Assembly: GCA_017450165.1 (NCBI GenBank)
Contig: JAFSWO010000105.1
Coordinates: 13,131-77,130 of the forward strand
Reading direction: 5' to 3'
DNA: 64,000 bases
Source: Bacteroidales bacterium
GTDB lineage: Bacteria; Bacteroidota; Bacteroidia; Bacteroidales; UBA932
In this document: positions 63,801-64,000 of the stretch, piece by piece
Layout of the letters: each line of letters opens with the position of its first letter
Numbering within the stretch: position 1 is the stretch's first letter
Notes under the pieces: generated by a model
The model's database searches: none
Seen by the model: only the letters and a program-made list of their open reading frames with translations
What the model was told of the DNA's origin: nothing
Made by a program: the position numbers and the translations under genes

Positions 63801-64000
63801 TTCTCGATGATTTTGGTGACGTTGGTCTCGATTTCGCTGGCGCTTGCACCCGCATAGGTGGTCATCACCGTGATGTAGGGCGGATCCATCTCCGGGAACT
63901 GGTCGATCGGGAGACGGGTGGCCGAGAAGAGGCCGATCACGATGACCGCGATGAAGATCAGCGCGGTGGTCACCGGTTTGCCGATAGCGGTCTTGTAGAT
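60827..64000 (-). CDS. RND efflux transporter permease (AcrB/CzcA superfamily); its 5' end lies outside the window
   Basis: At least 1057 aa fall in the window, with 12-TM topology and two large periplasmic loops. The track 'M' at 63973 is a GTG, and the frame stays open to 64000 (..IYKTAIGKPVTTALIFIAV..). Confidence 0.93.
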   Translation of the reverse strand: MYKTAIGKPVTTALIFIAVIVIGLFSATRLPIDQFPEMDPPYITVMTTYAGASASEIETNVTKIIENSLTSVDGLKEMTSSSRDNMSVVSLEMEWGSNMDEATNDIRSYIDMAKNNLPDGCSSPMIFKLNSNLMPVIQYGVTARESYPGLEKILDDEVVPQLNRINGIGTVSISGAPDRYVYIDLDQARLDAYGLTLEQVANAVAANNLNLSSGTVKMDRQQYQMQVRGEYGQSSEIADVVVATMPTGQQIYVRDLAAVRDTIKDLSLDEKLNGSDAVRLMVTKQSGANTVQICRDVRHELAKLQKRLPSDVQINLIYDSSEDIQGSINSLAESILYALLFVVLVVFFFLGDWRATLIIGITIPISLIVSFIYLALANSSLNIISLSALTVAIGMVVDDAIVVLENIKKHIDRGSSPREAAIYATNEVWTSVIATTLVIAAVFIPLTMLTGMAGILFKELGWIVTIVVSTSTITAISLIPMLCSKILKGRKVEVVDGKVVEVNGRMGFYARVVTPILDKVDSAYARLLRWCLTHKVLTIFIALAFFAATLIPALTGRIGSDFMQSSDNGRLNVTVELQRGTRIEETLKTARMLEQRFMVLVPEIQRISTSAGSNDESSIGAMFNSTTNYKISMTVVCNKKNERSRGIEEIAEVLRREMAEYPEIITAYAMSGGGMGMGGGSTVDVEIYGYDFDETGLFADELKQRISEEIAGARNITISRDKDRPELKVTLDKEKIARHGLSASVVSTYMRNRVAGFTAGFLKEDGDEYNIVVRLKEEDRNSISDIQAFTIPTATGARVKLSEVATVEEYWAPQSIDRKSRQRYLKVSVSPFQTSLGQLAGEVQALLDRTAIPSGVTVVIAGDYEDQQKTFGDIVLLGLLILLLVYIVIASQFESVAKPAVILLSVPFAVSGVILALWVTGTTLDMIGALGLVMLIGIAVKNGIVLVDYTNLMRDRGYALNEAIALSGASRLRPVLMTAFTTLLGMLPMALSTGEGSEMWRPLGIVVIGGLLVSTFVTLIIVPVVYGILSRHGERDKEEKQRKSYIFMQIDPTKNDK

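Overview
This is a chromosomal segment from a Bacteroidota genome, probably Bacteroidales. The assignment rests on a SusC/SusD pair, many lipoproteins with a Cys lipobox, type V (FimA/Mfa1-class) pilin genes, TAnnTTTG -7 promoter boxes and no Shine-Dalgarno dependence. All family names come from motif recognition by eye; no BLAST or HMM search was run.

Layout:
1. 1-15.4 kb: a tightly packed minus-strand operon of at least 10 genes led by SusC/SusD. Its cargo is a tandem beta-lactamase-fold protein, three paralogous pilin-fold proteins, BspA-type LRR, BACON/FISUMP lipoproteins and an M64-like lipoprotein. I could recognise no glycoside hydrolase.
2. 15.7-24.4 kb: a housekeeping block with pgk, a SAM methyltransferase, lgt, a threonine-aldolase-like gene, pyrH and frr, plus a stand-alone pilin-fold/FISUMP lipoprotein preceded by a 44-codon sORF.
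3. 24.5-40.3 kb: a 10-gene type V pilus operon. It encodes a fused OmpA-like(SPEG)x2 + DUF3575-like barrel, an anchor candidate, six fimbrillin paralogs and two giant tip candidates.
4. 40.7-43.2 kb: a divergent pair, a pilin-like lipoprotein translationally coupled to a 7TM-AraC regulator.
5. 43.2-49.3 kb: hemW carrying an in-frame 4 x 17-codon repeat insertion, a GC-rich tandem repeat, a decayed ROK glucokinase, and a second SPEGx2 + membrane-AraC module.
6. 49.3-64 kb: a gpx-ohrR-CDF operon with paired palindromic operators, then adh, DUF3109, TPR, U32 peptidase, holB, PSP1/ricT-like, trmB, an OMP, trxA, a small PII-like protein and a 5'-truncated RND pump.

I found no rRNA, tRNA, CRISPR array, transposase or integrase.
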